Shown: one piece after another, positions 35,997 through 45,335 of the stretch
How positions within the stretch are numbered: position 1 is the stretch's first letter
Layout of the letters: each line of letters opens with the position of its first letter
Program-made: the position numbers and the translations under genes
The notes under the pieces: model-generated
The model's input: only the letters and a program-made list of their open reading frames with translations
What the model was told of the DNA's origin: nothing
Database searches by the model: none
DNA from: a virus
Taxonomy: Duplodnaviria > Heunggongvirae > Uroviricota > Caudoviricetes
IMG/VR virus record: IMGVR_UViG_3300014205_006828
Span: 1-64,000 of that record
Reading direction: 5' to 3' (one strand)
Length of the DNA: 64,000 bases

Positions 35997-36807
35997 CTTC
36001 CAATGCCTTCTTCAAGTTACTGTACAAGACGTCAGGATCGTTATCCGATAACCCGCTCATCTGGCCGTCATTCAACTCAATCAGAATCCATTCACCAGCG
36101 GCTGTCTTTGCCACATCAATCACGTAGTACGTTGGCGGCTCACTCAGCTCCGTATTCTGAATCTTATCAATGATAGCATTCAAGAACTCGCGCGGCACCT
36201 CATCTGGATTAATAGAAATACCCTCGGCGCGGATGTCATCCGAATGTGAACTCCAATAGAAGCCGCCGCTAAGTATCGTCTTCTTGTATACAAAAAACCT
36301 ATACTCTCTGGTAATTTGTAGTCCTTGAAGCCCGCTAGAAAGAACCTCAAGAGGCACGTACTTTCGAATGTAGATCTTCTGGTACTGAAGCATTGAATCA
36401 GCCATAAGCCGCCCATGCACTTCAATGGCCGCCTTCTTATCCTTGGCAAAACAGTGGGTATTCCAAAGGAACTTTTTGGAGTTTGTTTCGCCCTTTAATA
36501 CAAATGGACCATCAGTAGGAATGTTGTGAAGCTCATCCCATGTATGAGGAGTAAAAGAACTCAAATCCATATACCAATTACCAAGATCTGCAATATACCT
36601 ATGTTGCTCATAGGTATTAATCATCTTGCATCCAACAATATTTAGGTCACGTTCCTGTTCGAGATAAAACGGGAGGGCTGAAAACCTAGAAATTACTAAA
36701 TTGTCTCTAAGCAACATACGACTATCAACACAAGCAAAATACTTACGCACTACTTGTTCTTCTTGTCTCCAATCAATATCATTGCGAAACAAAATTACTG
36801 GTTTCAT
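35977..36807 (-). CDS. ATP-grasp fold enzyme (putative carboxylate-amine ligase)
   Basis: The C-terminal WILIELNDGQMSGLS resembles the ATP-grasp hhEhN..PG motif. Preceding beta-rich segments (YRFFVYKKTILSGG) fit the fold. Confidence 0.45.
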   Translation of the reverse strand: MKPVILFRNDIDWRQEEQVVRKYFACVDSRMLLRDNLVISRFSALPFYLEQERDLNIVGCKMINTYEQHRYIADLGNWYMDLSSFTPHTWDELHNIPTDGPFVLKGETNSKKFLWNTHCFAKDKKAAIEVHGRLMADSMLQYQKIYIRKYVPLEVLSSGLQGLQITREYRFFVYKKTILSGGFYWSSHSDDIRAEGISINPDEVPREFLNAIIDKIQNTELSEPPTYYVIDVAKTAAGEWILIELNDGQMSGLSDNDPDVLYSNLKKALEDDGATT

Positions 36808-36892
36808 TTTTACCTATATTCACATATACCTGTTTATCCAGGTATAAAACTCTTTCAATGTCTTATCGGATTTAGATAAGTGTATGTACTTC

Positions 36893-37165
36893 TTACGTTC
36901 CATTGCAGAATTCGTTTATCTCACCAAAAACCCTAGCGTCCTCAACAGCTATCAAATCATCAATGGCTCTCTTTTGAGCAGATTCAATGATATCCTTTTC
37001 TGCACACCTGATCATTTCTCTAAAGGCCAGATACTTCCCCAACAACGCCCTGCGAATATCTGCCTTGGAGATTTTCCTTACAAGCTCTCCAAACTCATTC
37101 TCGCGCCAACCACTAGGCAACATGGCCTTGATGGCCTTTCGCTTTTCACGATGCTTCTTTCCCAT
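36893..37165 (-). CDS. Hypothetical basic protein
   Basis: The start was moved to MGKKHREKRK so it does not overlap tRNA-Pro. Confidence 0.3.
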   Translation of the reverse strand: MGKKHREKRKAIKAMLPSGWRENEFGELVRKISKADIRRALLGKYLAFREMIRCAEKDIIESAQKRAIDDLIAVEDARVFGEINEFCNGT

Positions 37166-37169
37166 ATTG

Positions 37170-37243
37170 TCGGAATGGTCAGATTCGAACTGACGGTCTC
37201 CAGTACCCAAAACTGGCGGATTACCAAACTTTCCTACATTCCG
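37170..37243 (-). tRNA. tRNA-Pro (anticodon TGG)
   Basis: Reverse complement folds as acceptor CGGAATG/CATTCCG (perfect), anticodon stem CCAGT/ACTGG with loop TTTGGGT, T-arm GTCAG-TTCGAAT-CTGAC (perfect). Confidence 0.7.
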
Positions 37244-37249
37244 ATGGCA

Positions 37250-38023
37250 TCACACAGATGCCGCTTGAACCTGAATAGACCCATCAAGGGTATTCCGAAT
37301 CCAAGTCTTAGTATCTTCCGGATCCCTTACTTGAACGTAAACAAGACCCATCTCTATAGCGGCATAATCACTGCCTCCCTTGAAGATGGCATCGCCTACA
37401 TACAAAAGATCATCCTTGCTGGCACGTAGCTTCTTCATCAACTCATCAATGCCGTACTTCTTATTAATGCCCTTAGCAGAGACATCAATGGAAGTCTTCC
37501 CAGCTACGCGCACCTCGTAAATTGGAAGTTTGCGTCGTAGAACATCGGCCAACACCCGGCGCTTACTACCATCCACATCCCACTTCTCCTTGGCTTCAAG
37601 AGGTGCTCTCTGGCCAAGTGCGGAGAAGGTTACTTTGGAATCACAACTCTCCACCTGCTTCCCCCAAAGCTTCTGTGGCTGTATAAACCCAGATTCCACG
37701 ATAGCCTCTTCAATCATGGCGTTGATGCGGTCTACCTCGCGAGAGCTAAGCTTATGCTGATAGGCCGCAACCCAACCATACTTCCCCCAGGATTGGAACA
37801 GGCTGCCACCTGACGCTGGGAGAATGTAGAGGTTGTTTAGAAGCTTCTGATCAATATGTAGAAGGTTATCGATCTGTTTGTTTACCTGTTTCCAAGATGC
37901 TCCAGAAATGATGGCAATATTACAACTGGCTAACAACTTGCTGAGCAATGCTATCATTTCCTCATCAAGTGCGTCTTTGGAAATGGTCAGGGTTCCGCCA
38001 AGATCAAAAACAATCGTCTTCAT
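37250..38023 (-). CDS. HAD-superfamily hydrolase (Cof/phosphomannomutase-like)
   Basis: MKTIVFDLGGTLT is HAD motif I with the second Asp replaced by Gly. Later motifs follow: ..GASW.. and ..VGDAIFKGGSD.. . The start was moved to ATG at 38023. Confidence 0.5.
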   Translation of the reverse strand: MKTIVFDLGGTLTISKDALDEEMIALLSKLLASCNIAIISGASWKQVNKQIDNLLHIDQKLLNNLYILPASGGSLFQSWGKYGWVAAYQHKLSSREVDRINAMIEEAIVESGFIQPQKLWGKQVESCDSKVTFSALGQRAPLEAKEKWDVDGSKRRVLADVLRRKLPIYEVRVAGKTSIDVSAKGINKKYGIDELMKKLRASKDDLLYVGDAIFKGGSDYAAIEMGLVYVQVRDPEDTKTWIRNTLDGSIQVQAASV

Positions 38024-38057
38024 ACTATCTCTCTTGTTTATTCGAAGTTTCCAAACA

Positions 38058-38136
38058 GTCCCCAGACCAGGGCTCGCACCTGGATCGTCCCTAAACAATT
38101 AGGGGCTCTTTACAACTTGAGCTATCCGGGGGAAGT
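38058..38136 (-). tRNA. tRNA-like element with aberrant anticodon loop (6 nt) and atypical T-loop. Possible pseudo-tRNA or processed/edited tRNA
   Basis: Reverse complement folds as acceptor CCCCGGA/TCTGGGG, D-arm TAGCTCAAGTTGTAAAGAGC, stem CCCTA/TAGGG around ATTGTT, T-stem CCAGG-TGCGAGC-CCTGG. Confidence 0.35.
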
Positions 38137-38151
38137 GTACAAAATGGGACA

Positions 38152-38457
38152 CTATCCTGGCTCCTCGACTTTTTCCAATTCAATCCATCCATATCTCAAT
38201 GTCTTCATTGCTATAGACCATTCTACTTCACAATGATAAGTCATCCCGGTCATCTTCTTCTCTAGATAGAAGTTGTTATCACCAACATTCTTGTAAATAG
38301 TATCTTCCAAATCTGCATCTGTATTAAAATGCTGAACTCGAAAGGCTCTCTTTACCATGTATGACTTTTCTCGCACTTGAGGCTTAGCCATCAATTCAAT
38401 AGGATCACAGGATGGAATTCTCTCATTCCAAAATGAAGGTGGAATAAATGCGCCCAT
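38152..38457 (-). CDS. Hypothetical protein
   Basis: 101-aa ORF. Confidence 0.35.
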   Translation of the reverse strand: MGAFIPPSFWNERIPSCDPIELMAKPQVREKSYMVKRAFRVQHFNTDADLEDTIYKNVGDNNFYLEKKMTGMTYHCEVEWSIAMKTLRYGWIELEKVEEPG

Positions 38458-38459
38458 AA

Positions 38460-39020
38460 TTACGTCCAGGTTTGAGGAAATACATTCATATAAGGGCCAG
38501 GAACTCTGTTGTAATATTCATCATTGCTAGAACATATTGTATGATAATGATATATTCTAATAGAAAAGCTTGGATTGATCACTTCATAACCAACCAATTG
38601 CGCTTCGGCCGCTATCCTGTTATCACAACCAAGAACCCCAAGATAGAAATTAGCATTCTCAATCCTAACTCTACCCTTCCAAGCCCAGACATCTTGACTA
38701 TACTTAGCTGTCTGTGGGTCCAAATCAGCAGACTCTGATTCATATCTAGATATTGCAACAAATTGATTTTCGCCAATTTTATTCAATAGTAGCACTGTTT
38801 CGTCAAAGTATATATCTATGTTGGCAATTACATTGACATTATCACCCAATGTTTGTTCATTAATCCTATTAAAGATACTTTGATAGGACATTCTTTCGGG
38901 GGAATTTAGAAGGTGATAATTGAAATTGGTATTAGATTTATTTAGGTCAATACATCTTGATATCTCAGCAGCTCTTTCTTCATTTGGGTGAATAAAATTA
39001 TCAACAAAAACATTAATCAT
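38460..39020 (-). CDS. Hypothetical protein
   Basis: 186-aa ORF. Confidence 0.4.
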   Translation of the reverse strand: MINVFVDNFIHPNEERAAEISRCIDLNKSNTNFNYHLLNSPERMSYQSIFNRINEQTLGDNVNVIANIDIYFDETVLLLNKIGENQFVAISRYESESADLDPQTAKYSQDVWAWKGRVRIENANFYLGVLGCDNRIAAEAQLVGYEVINPSFSIRIYHYHTICSSNDEYYNRVPGPYMNVFPQTWT

Positions 39021-39239
39021 TCAATCCACCCAAACTTACATGAGATACTTACTTCTTGAGTTGCACCCTTGCCTTTCGACGGGCGGCCTTTGCCTTGTTG
39101 CGAGCCTTTCTCTTCTCATCCAATTCCTTGGAGATAGATTCTGTAACTTCCTTAATCAACTGATCCTTTAAATAATCAACCATTTGGCCTCGTCTCGATT
39201 TATAAGGTCCCGAGCTACCTTGCTAAAGAATATATTCCA

Positions 39240-39956
39240 TCACATATCATCTATATCAAGATCTTGGGTTGGAGCATCTTTTTGAGGAACTCTTCCAATA
39301 AGAGACACATGCTCTGTATTTGAGTTCATCAACCACTGATATAACTCGACAGTATTCTGAACATCGACCTCTGCACTATGAGCCCCAATCTTTGGTGTCA
39401 GCCCAACGCCAACCATGAAGTTGTTCAAACCAAACTTCGGCTTGAGGGCTCCACACTTGTCCCGCTTGATGTCCACCCCACACTTGACCTGCGCCTCCGC
39501 GATCTTCTCGCCGTTGTTGTGCTTCTTGACGTGGCGCTTGGCGAAGGACTGGGTGCAGAGCCAAAGATCGGCTGGGAACTCCTTGCCAAGCCTATCCCAG
39601 GCCCGGTGGATGAATTTTCGGTCGAACGGAGCGTTGTGTGCTATGATGCAGCGGTGGGCTGCAGTCTGGCCGTCTTCCTTGAGGAACATGTCCACCGACT
39701 CCACAACTTCCTCTACCGGAACTCCCTTCTTCAAGTCATCTGGCGTAATCCCTTGAACTTCCAGAGCTTGTATGCTGTAGACGTGGGGATGCTTCACCTT
39801 AATTTGAAGACTTAATTGTTCTCTGTCGATAACCCGCATAACAGAAACCTGGTTGATTTCATGAGCGTCTACCGAAAGACCTGTTGTTTCTGTGTCCAAG
39901 ATATAGTAATGTATCATTAGGTTTCCCTTCAAAGTCTGAAGGGAAGCCAAGGCCAT
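39240..39956 (-). CDS. DEDDh 3'-5' exonuclease (DnaQ/epsilon-like)
   Basis: Exo I YILDTETTGL, Exo II CIIAHNAPFDRKFI, Exo III GAHSAEVDVQNT (H-x4-D). Confidence 0.65.
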   Translation of the reverse strand: MALASLQTLKGNLMIHYYILDTETTGLSVDAHEINQVSVMRVIDREQLSLQIKVKHPHVYSIQALEVQGITPDDLKKGVPVEEVVESVDMFLKEDGQTAAHRCIIAHNAPFDRKFIHRAWDRLGKEFPADLWLCTQSFAKRHVKKHNNGEKIAEAQVKCGVDIKRDKCGALKPKFGLNNFMVGVGLTPKIGAHSAEVDVQNTVELYQWLMNSNTEHVSLIGRVPQKDAPTQDLDIDDM

Positions 39957-39962
39957 CCTCGA

Positions 39963-40244
39963 TTAGAAGTTCTTTACCAACTTGACTAATGAGGTGTTGG
40001 CATCTTTTACCGTAATCTTCTTTCGAATCAATCTTGGCATATCAAGTTCAGGTCTTTCCAGCATACTAAGTAAATGTGGATTATCTAATTGCTTCAGTGC
40101 TTCATGTTCATCAGTAGCAAATGTTTGGAATCTGACCTTTACTGGAACTATTCCTTCCACTACAATCATGAATCTTTGTCGAGGTTTCGGTAGCTCAACC
40201 TTCTTAGGAACCGGTCTTTTACTTTCGCCTTTCTTCTCTTCCAT
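39963..40244 (-). CDS. Hypothetical basic protein
   Basis: 93-aa ORF. Confidence 0.35.
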   Translation of the reverse strand: MEEKKGESKRPVPKKVELPKPRQRFMIVVEGIVPVKVRFQTFATDEHEALKQLDNPHLLSMLERPELDMPRLIRKKITVKDANTSLVKLVKNF

Positions 40245-40288
40245 ACATTACCCTATACCGAGCATTATCAATAAAATCACATTTAGAT

Positions 40289-41950
40289 GTGAAAAAATTA
40301 CTAAGATTTGCTCATCTGTATTCTCTAGCAATTGAGAAATTGAATATGGACCTGTCTCTAACCGCCACAGAAACTAAGATCTTTTCCCTACTCAAAGCAG
40401 TCGTCGCCGAGAAGACCCCAGAAACCATTCTTCGGGGCGCAGGAGGCTGGGTGCGCGATAAGCTACTGAGCAAAGACTCTAATGATATTGATATCGCAGT
40501 CAATAACATGACCGGAGAAGCATTTGCTAATTTGGTCAGTGAATATATGGCTGAGCATGGATTAAAGAAGCAAAGCGTTACCGTCGTCGAAGCAAACCCC
40601 GATCAATCGAAGCACCTAGCCACCGCCATGATCAGGCTGTTTGGACTCCCTATCGACTTCGTTAATCTGCGCACAGAGACCTACGCAGATAGCCGAATCC
40701 CAACCATGGAAATGGGCACCGCCGAAGAGGATGCTCAACGTAGGGATCTTACCATCAACTCGTTATTCTACAATATTAATAGCGGCGAAATCGAGGATTT
40801 TGTTGGCGGCATCAATGACCTTCGTGCAGGCATTGCGCGCACTCCCCTTGACCCAGTACAAACTTTCTTGGACGACCCGCTACGAATTCTTCGAACGGTC
40901 AGATTTGCGTCTAAGTATGGCCTGGACTTAGACCCAGCACTCATTGCCGCTACACACGATCCAAAAGTGCAAGAAGCCTTCAAGACCAAGATCTCTAATG
41001 AACGTGTCTGGGCCGAACTAGCTGGTAAGAAGGACGGCGACCACTACAAGCCAGGTGCTCTGATTGGTCCGAATCCAACACGCGCCGTAGAGCTTCTGAA
41101 GGAGCTTGGATTGATGGAGGCTGTCTTCGACCCAACCGATGAGGAGGTGAAGGATCTGGCCCCAAAACCGCTTCCGCCGCGCGGTACTGATGACTACGAA
41201 CGCCTCAACGCACCACCACCGAAAGAAGAGCGAATGGTGCCTTGGGAAACTCCACAGAACAATCCACATCACCAATTCGACATTTGGAATCATACCCTGA
41301 GCGTGGTGAAGAATCTGATTGATCAAACCCCAAAACCAATTACCGAAGATCAGGAGACTTACCTAGTGCGCAATCTAGCGGCACTGCTCCATGACATCGG
41401 GAAGCGGTATACTGGCATTCAAGGAGTTTCCGAGAATGGTAGCCATACTTCATACCACGGACATGAAGAAGCATCAGCTAAGCTTGCTCAGGCTGTATTG
41501 ACCAGGCTACATGCTCCGCAGGATATTATCAAAAGAGTTGTTGATTTGATTTCTGTGCATTTGCGGCCACATACCCTTCTTGAAAATGGGCGTGGGCGCA
41601 ATTACCGGAGGTTCGTTCGAGACTACCCAGATTGGAGGCACAGTGTTGACATTGCAATTGCCGATAATCTTGGCAAGCAAAACTTCAATCCGGAAGAGGC
41701 CGAACTGGAAAGGCAAAAGTATGAAGGCCTTCGCGGAAACATTCAGAAGGCAATGGAATGGGCTGGTAAAGACCCCAACTCCACCTCAGCTATCCCGCGC
41801 CCAATCTCCGGAAAAGACCTTATCGCAATGGGTCTTAAGCCGGGGCCAATCATGGGACAGATCCTCAATGCGCTCGACGAAGCTCTGCTTGACAATCCAA
41901 GTATGAGCAAAGAAGAGGCTTTGGAATTTGCTCGGACGTTTATTGCATAG
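40289..41950 (+). CDS. cca: Class II tRNA nucleotidyltransferase (CCA-adding enzyme) with C-terminal HD domain
   Basis: Head-domain motif GGWVRDKLLSKDSNDIDIAV (GGxVRD...DxD), RDLTINSLFYN, and HD motif LAALLHDIGK. Confidence 0.75.
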   Translation: MKKLLRFAHLYSLAIEKLNMDLSLTATETKIFSLLKAVVAEKTPETILRGAGGWVRDKLLSKDSNDIDIAVNNMTGEAFANLVSEYMAEHGLKKQSVTVVEANPDQSKHLATAMIRLFGLPIDFVNLRTETYADSRIPTMEMGTAEEDAQRRDLTINSLFYNINSGEIEDFVGGINDLRAGIARTPLDPVQTFLDDPLRILRTVRFASKYGLDLDPALIAATHDPKVQEAFKTKISNERVWAELAGKKDGDHYKPGALIGPNPTRAVELLKELGLMEAVFDPTDEEVKDLAPKPLPPRGTDDYERLNAPPPKEERMVPWETPQNNPHHQFDIWNHTLSVVKNLIDQTPKPITEDQETYLVRNLAALLHDIGKRYTGIQGVSENGSHTSYHGHEEASAKLAQAVLTRLHAPQDIIKRVVDLISVHLRPHTLLENGRGRNYRRFVRDYPDWRHSVDIAIADNLGKQNFNPEEAELERQKYEGLRGNIQKAMEWAGKDPNSTSAIPRPISGKDLIAMGLKPGPIMGQILNALDEALLDNPSMSKEEALEFARTFIA

Positions 41951-42197
41951 GTTGATTGCGATGATCGCGCAGTCTTCGCTTGACGATTCCCAGGTACAGG
42001 TTCACTTCTTCTTCGTCCTCAAGCGGGCCGAAGAGGTACATGACAACGGCCAAACAAGCCGTGTGCTCTCGTGAATCAGTATCTGGGAATTGCTTTTCAA
42101 AGCTCTCAACCAGCTGTATGATGCGCGGAGTGTAGCGATTATCATCGTTCCATGATTTGTTTTTACAAATTTCTTCCCATTCTTTAATCATCTTCAT
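41940..42197 (-). CDS. Hypothetical small protein
   Basis: 85-aa ORF. Confidence 0.3.
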   Translation of the reverse strand: MKMIKEWEEICKNKSWNDDNRYTPRIIQLVESFEKQFPDTDSREHTACLAVVMYLFGPLEDEEEVNLYLGIVKRRLRDHRNQPMQ

Positions 42198-42438
42198 CTC
42201 CTACTATTACCGTCTTTACAATCTTCGGAGCACCAATTAGTCCCCGAGGATTTACGACACCAACACCATTACACTCCAGCAATTGATACGCTATTAGGTC
42301 AGGAAGAACTACTGGCATAGGGCCTTTCCGCTCATGTCTCACTGGAGTGATTGGCGTCATCTCTAAAAGAATCTCTGATATTGGTTTCAGATCCTCATCA
42401 GTAATGTCAGGGTATCCTTGTCGCTTGATAGTTGTCAT
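42184..42438 (-). CDS. Hypothetical small protein
   Basis: 84-aa ORF. Confidence 0.3.
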   Translation of the reverse strand: MTTIKRQGYPDITDEDLKPISEILLEMTPITPVRHERKGPMPVVLPDLIAYQLLECNGVGVVNPRGLIGAPKIVKTVIVGDEDD

Positions 42439-44594
42439 AGCATTACATTGTGAGGATGCGACTCAGTCAGGCCAGCATTCGATATAACCACGAAATGAGG
42501 ATCGGCTTTCAAGTCAGCTAGATTCTTGGATCCTTGGTATGAACATCCACTCTTGATGCCCTCCACCAAACGCAGTACAACATCACGCACACTGCTTTTG
42601 TATGGAACGAGCGCAACGACACCTTCGACATGCTTTTGCTTGTGTGTTGAGCTGCCAGCGTAGCGCTTGAACTTCTTGCCTTGAAACTGGATGATTTCTC
42701 CTGGGGCTTCGTCTGTGCCGGCAAACAAGTTGCCAATCATCACAAGCTCCGCGAATGCCAGCGCCTTGACGCAATCACCTGCGCTCTTAATTCCACCATC
42801 CGCAATGAACATCGGCCACTGATCATCTCTCATGCTGTAGTTGCCATCATTGCAGACAATATCCAGCGCACTGAGTTGTGGATATCCGTTGCCTGTTTCA
42901 ATGCGGGTAGTGCAGAGAGAATTGTGTACTATAGCGTTATCAGCAATAAAGCTATGTGTTTCACAATCAATCGTCAAATCAAATACCGACACCTCATCAT
43001 TTATATTTGTATACTCTAACAATTTAGATATTTGATAGTTGTCTATAACTCGTTTTTCTGCTGTGTTGTTTATTCTTGACACATAAGGCGTATTGAAATT
43101 TTCAATATTCGCACCTTTTAGATTTCCAGATGTCACTTTATCTTGCTGATTGTTTGGGAACACCTTGGTAAGAAGATATGTGACTATATTAAATAGTTCT
43201 ATTAGGTGAATTGATGTATTTTTGAAATTCTTTCTACCACCAGATTCTATACTACCATCCGAGTCCATCAAACCATCGTGTATGCCTTGTAAATACCCAA
43301 TATTATTTACAATGTATTCTGGTGGTAGATATTTCTCTGTTCTCTTTCCAAAACCAGATAAGAATTCCGCAAACGGTTTATGATACAAAGAACAAACAAT
43401 TATGTTTTCTTTAGCTTTAATTTTCAACGCCCTTCCTGTAAGGGTCTTGATACACTCCGCTAATCGATGTGCGATGTGAAGTTCATCAACTCCAAAATAC
43501 CAATGAATAGCTCCTGTATTAGTACGCCCGTTATTAACAATCATGGCGTGCCCATCTCCAAGGAAAGTCCCAAAAATATATCCTACCTCTATTGTTGGTT
43601 CAATGACAAAATCAACACTTACCTTAATTGAAGAATGCCCATTCCAGCCATCGCGTATCACAATTTCCTTTTTGAAACTATTCGGAAATTCAAACTCAAT
43701 ATTATTTGGCATTAGTAATGCAACTTTATTAATGTTGCCAATTTCTTGCCATTTTAGTTTGCTTTGTTTTGGTGTAGTTTTCGATTGCGTTTTTAGAGCC
43801 TTTGAATAACCAATACTTTCAAGTGTTGTTTTAGAAATACTACTTAAATCACCAATGAAATATTGATGATCAGGCGTTACATAAGTAGCTTTATATGAAA
43901 TAGAGTTGCGAATCTTAGATACCTTACGAATGCCGGTGCAAAATGCTTTCAGTACACTTTTCGGTTTGCCATCCATATTGATAATACGCTCGCCCGGTTT
44001 GATATCCTCAATGTTTTTATACAACCCATTAGACATTAATATTCTGGTACCAGCCCCAAAACAACCTGGCCCTACGCCAATTTTGATAATATCCGCACCA
44101 GCATTCCAGAGCAAAGAAGCTCCTTTGGCAGTTACTACATTCCCGGCAATAAGGAGAATGCCAGGAAATGTGGTGTGAACTGCCGATACGAACTCAGCCA
44201 CTTTGGTATGATCCCCATGAGCAACATCTACACAAATTATCTTACAACCAATTCTATTCAGTTCATGTATGAGGTCCAGATCTTTCGGCTTGATACCTAC
44301 TGAGGCACCAATCGCACCAGGAAATCCATGGGATGCTGCACGAGCTTGATCGTAGTTTGTGAACAGCTCTCCATAGTCATCGAAGCGGTGCAGTATGGCC
44401 AGACCTCCAAGTTCAGCGATTGTTTCTGCCATTTTTACATCTGTCACTGTTGCCATATTTGCACTGACAAAAGGTATCTTAAGTTCAATACCTTTTGGTA
44501 AAGAAACCGATAGATCAACCTCCTCCCTAGATCCAATCGAGCTGTGTTTTGGGATCAGAAGAACATCATCAAAAGTATAGCCTTGAGTGAACAT
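42435..44594 (-). CDS. guaC: GMP reductase / IMP dehydrogenase-family (CBS-less, GuaC-like) enzyme interrupted by a 381-aa LAGLIDADG intein
   Basis: Exteins: ...ICVDVAHGDH...AGNVVTAKGASLLWNAGADIIKIGVGPG | SLCTTRIETGNGYPQLSA...MFIADGG... matches the GuaC/IMPDH catalytic region (VGIGPGSVCTTR..GVGYPQLSAV). The insert begins with Cys and ends ..IVHN|S, and carries two LAGLIDADG blocks (FGTFLGDGHA; IHDGLMDSDGSI). Confidence 0.75.
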   Translation of the reverse strand: MFTQGYTFDDVLLIPKHSSIGSREEVDLSVSLPKGIELKIPFVSANMATVTDVKMAETIAELGGLAILHRFDDYGELFTNYDQARAASHGFPGAIGASVGIKPKDLDLIHELNRIGCKIICVDVAHGDHTKVAEFVSAVHTTFPGILLIAGNVVTAKGASLLWNAGADIIKIGVGPGCFGAGTRILMSNGLYKNIEDIKPGERIINMDGKPKSVLKAFCTGIRKVSKIRNSISYKATYVTPDHQYFIGDLSSISKTTLESIGYSKALKTQSKTTPKQSKLKWQEIGNINKVALLMPNNIEFEFPNSFKKEIVIRDGWNGHSSIKVSVDFVIEPTIEVGYIFGTFLGDGHAMIVNNGRTNTGAIHWYFGVDELHIAHRLAECIKTLTGRALKIKAKENIIVCSLYHKPFAEFLSGFGKRTEKYLPPEYIVNNIGYLQGIHDGLMDSDGSIESGGRKNFKNTSIHLIELFNIVTYLLTKVFPNNQQDKVTSGNLKGANIENFNTPYVSRINNTAEKRVIDNYQISKLLEYTNINDEVSVFDLTIDCETHSFIADNAIVHNSLCTTRIETGNGYPQLSALDIVCNDGNYSMRDDQWPMFIADGGIKSAGDCVKALAFAELVMIGNLFAGTDEAPGEIIQFQGKKFKRYAGSSTHKQKHVEGVVALVPYKSSVRDVVLRLVEGIKSGCSYQGSKNLADLKADPHFVVISNAGLTESHPHNVML
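42921..44063 (-). mobile_element. Intein with LAGLIDADG homing-endonuclease domain, inserted 3 residues upstream of the catalytic Cys of the GuaC/IMPDH-like enzyme
   Basis: Splice junctions GVGPG/CFGAG... and ...AIVHN/SLCTTR. Codon coordinates were verified against the sequence. Confidence 0.7.
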
Positions 44595-44723
44595 AGGTTG
44601 GCTATTTATTGGCCAATTCGCGATTGCTCGACGATTCTTTTCTTGACAATGGTAATTTGATGTACATATTCAAATACCCACGAGAAGTCCAGAATGAAGT
44701 CGTAGGTATATACAGAGGAAATC

Positions 44724-45068
44724 ATGCTTATCAAAATGAGAAACGGAAACATCGCCCTTGAAGAGTCTGCTGCTGATGAGCGTACATCTAGCGGTCTTTA
44801 CATTCCACAAACAGTGGGTCGTAAAGGAAGTCTTCGATTCGGAAAGGTAGTTGAAGTTGGACCCGGTGAATTAGTCCAGGGAATATTCGTCAAAGTTGAT
44901 TTTGAAAAGGGTCAAGATGTAATCTTCGACGCATCTCGCTCAGAAATTGTTGAAGTTGACGGAAAGAAATTGACAATCTGTAATATGGTGGATATCATCG
45001 CAACAGTAAGTGCTAAGCACCTATCTGTCGTTCCAGATGCTCCACCACCCGCTAACGAAATCGCCTAA
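44724..45068 (+). CDS. groES: Co-chaperonin GroES-like (Cpn10)
   Basis: GLYIPQTVGRKGSLRFGKVVEVGPGE...VDFEKGQDVIF...KKLTICNMVDIIATV follows the GroES pattern (GI.LP.sA.eK...G.VvAVG.G ... vkvGD.V.f ... lil.e.DIlAvv). Confidence 0.55.
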   Translation: MLIKMRNGNIALEESAADERTSSGLYIPQTVGRKGSLRFGKVVEVGPGELVQGIFVKVDFEKGQDVIFDASRSEIVEVDGKKLTICNMVDIIATVSAKHLSVVPDAPPPANEIA

Positions 45069-45335
45069 TTGGACTGGCTCGCAGTGTCGGCTTCTGGCTC
45101 TAAAGCGTAGACCTCAATTGATCCATCTTCATTGAGTTCACAGGTGATTTCCCCGTCGAAATCATCTGGCACATCCCTATGCCACACAGCAAAGGCTATA
45201 TATTCAAGCGCTTCTTCAACAGATAGTGTCTTGTGTCTGGTTACGGTTGGCATAAGTTATCTCCATAGGTAGTTCACCCATTATAGATATAACACTATGC
45301 GTCTCTATTTATATGGTATAGAGCTACCATTATAT

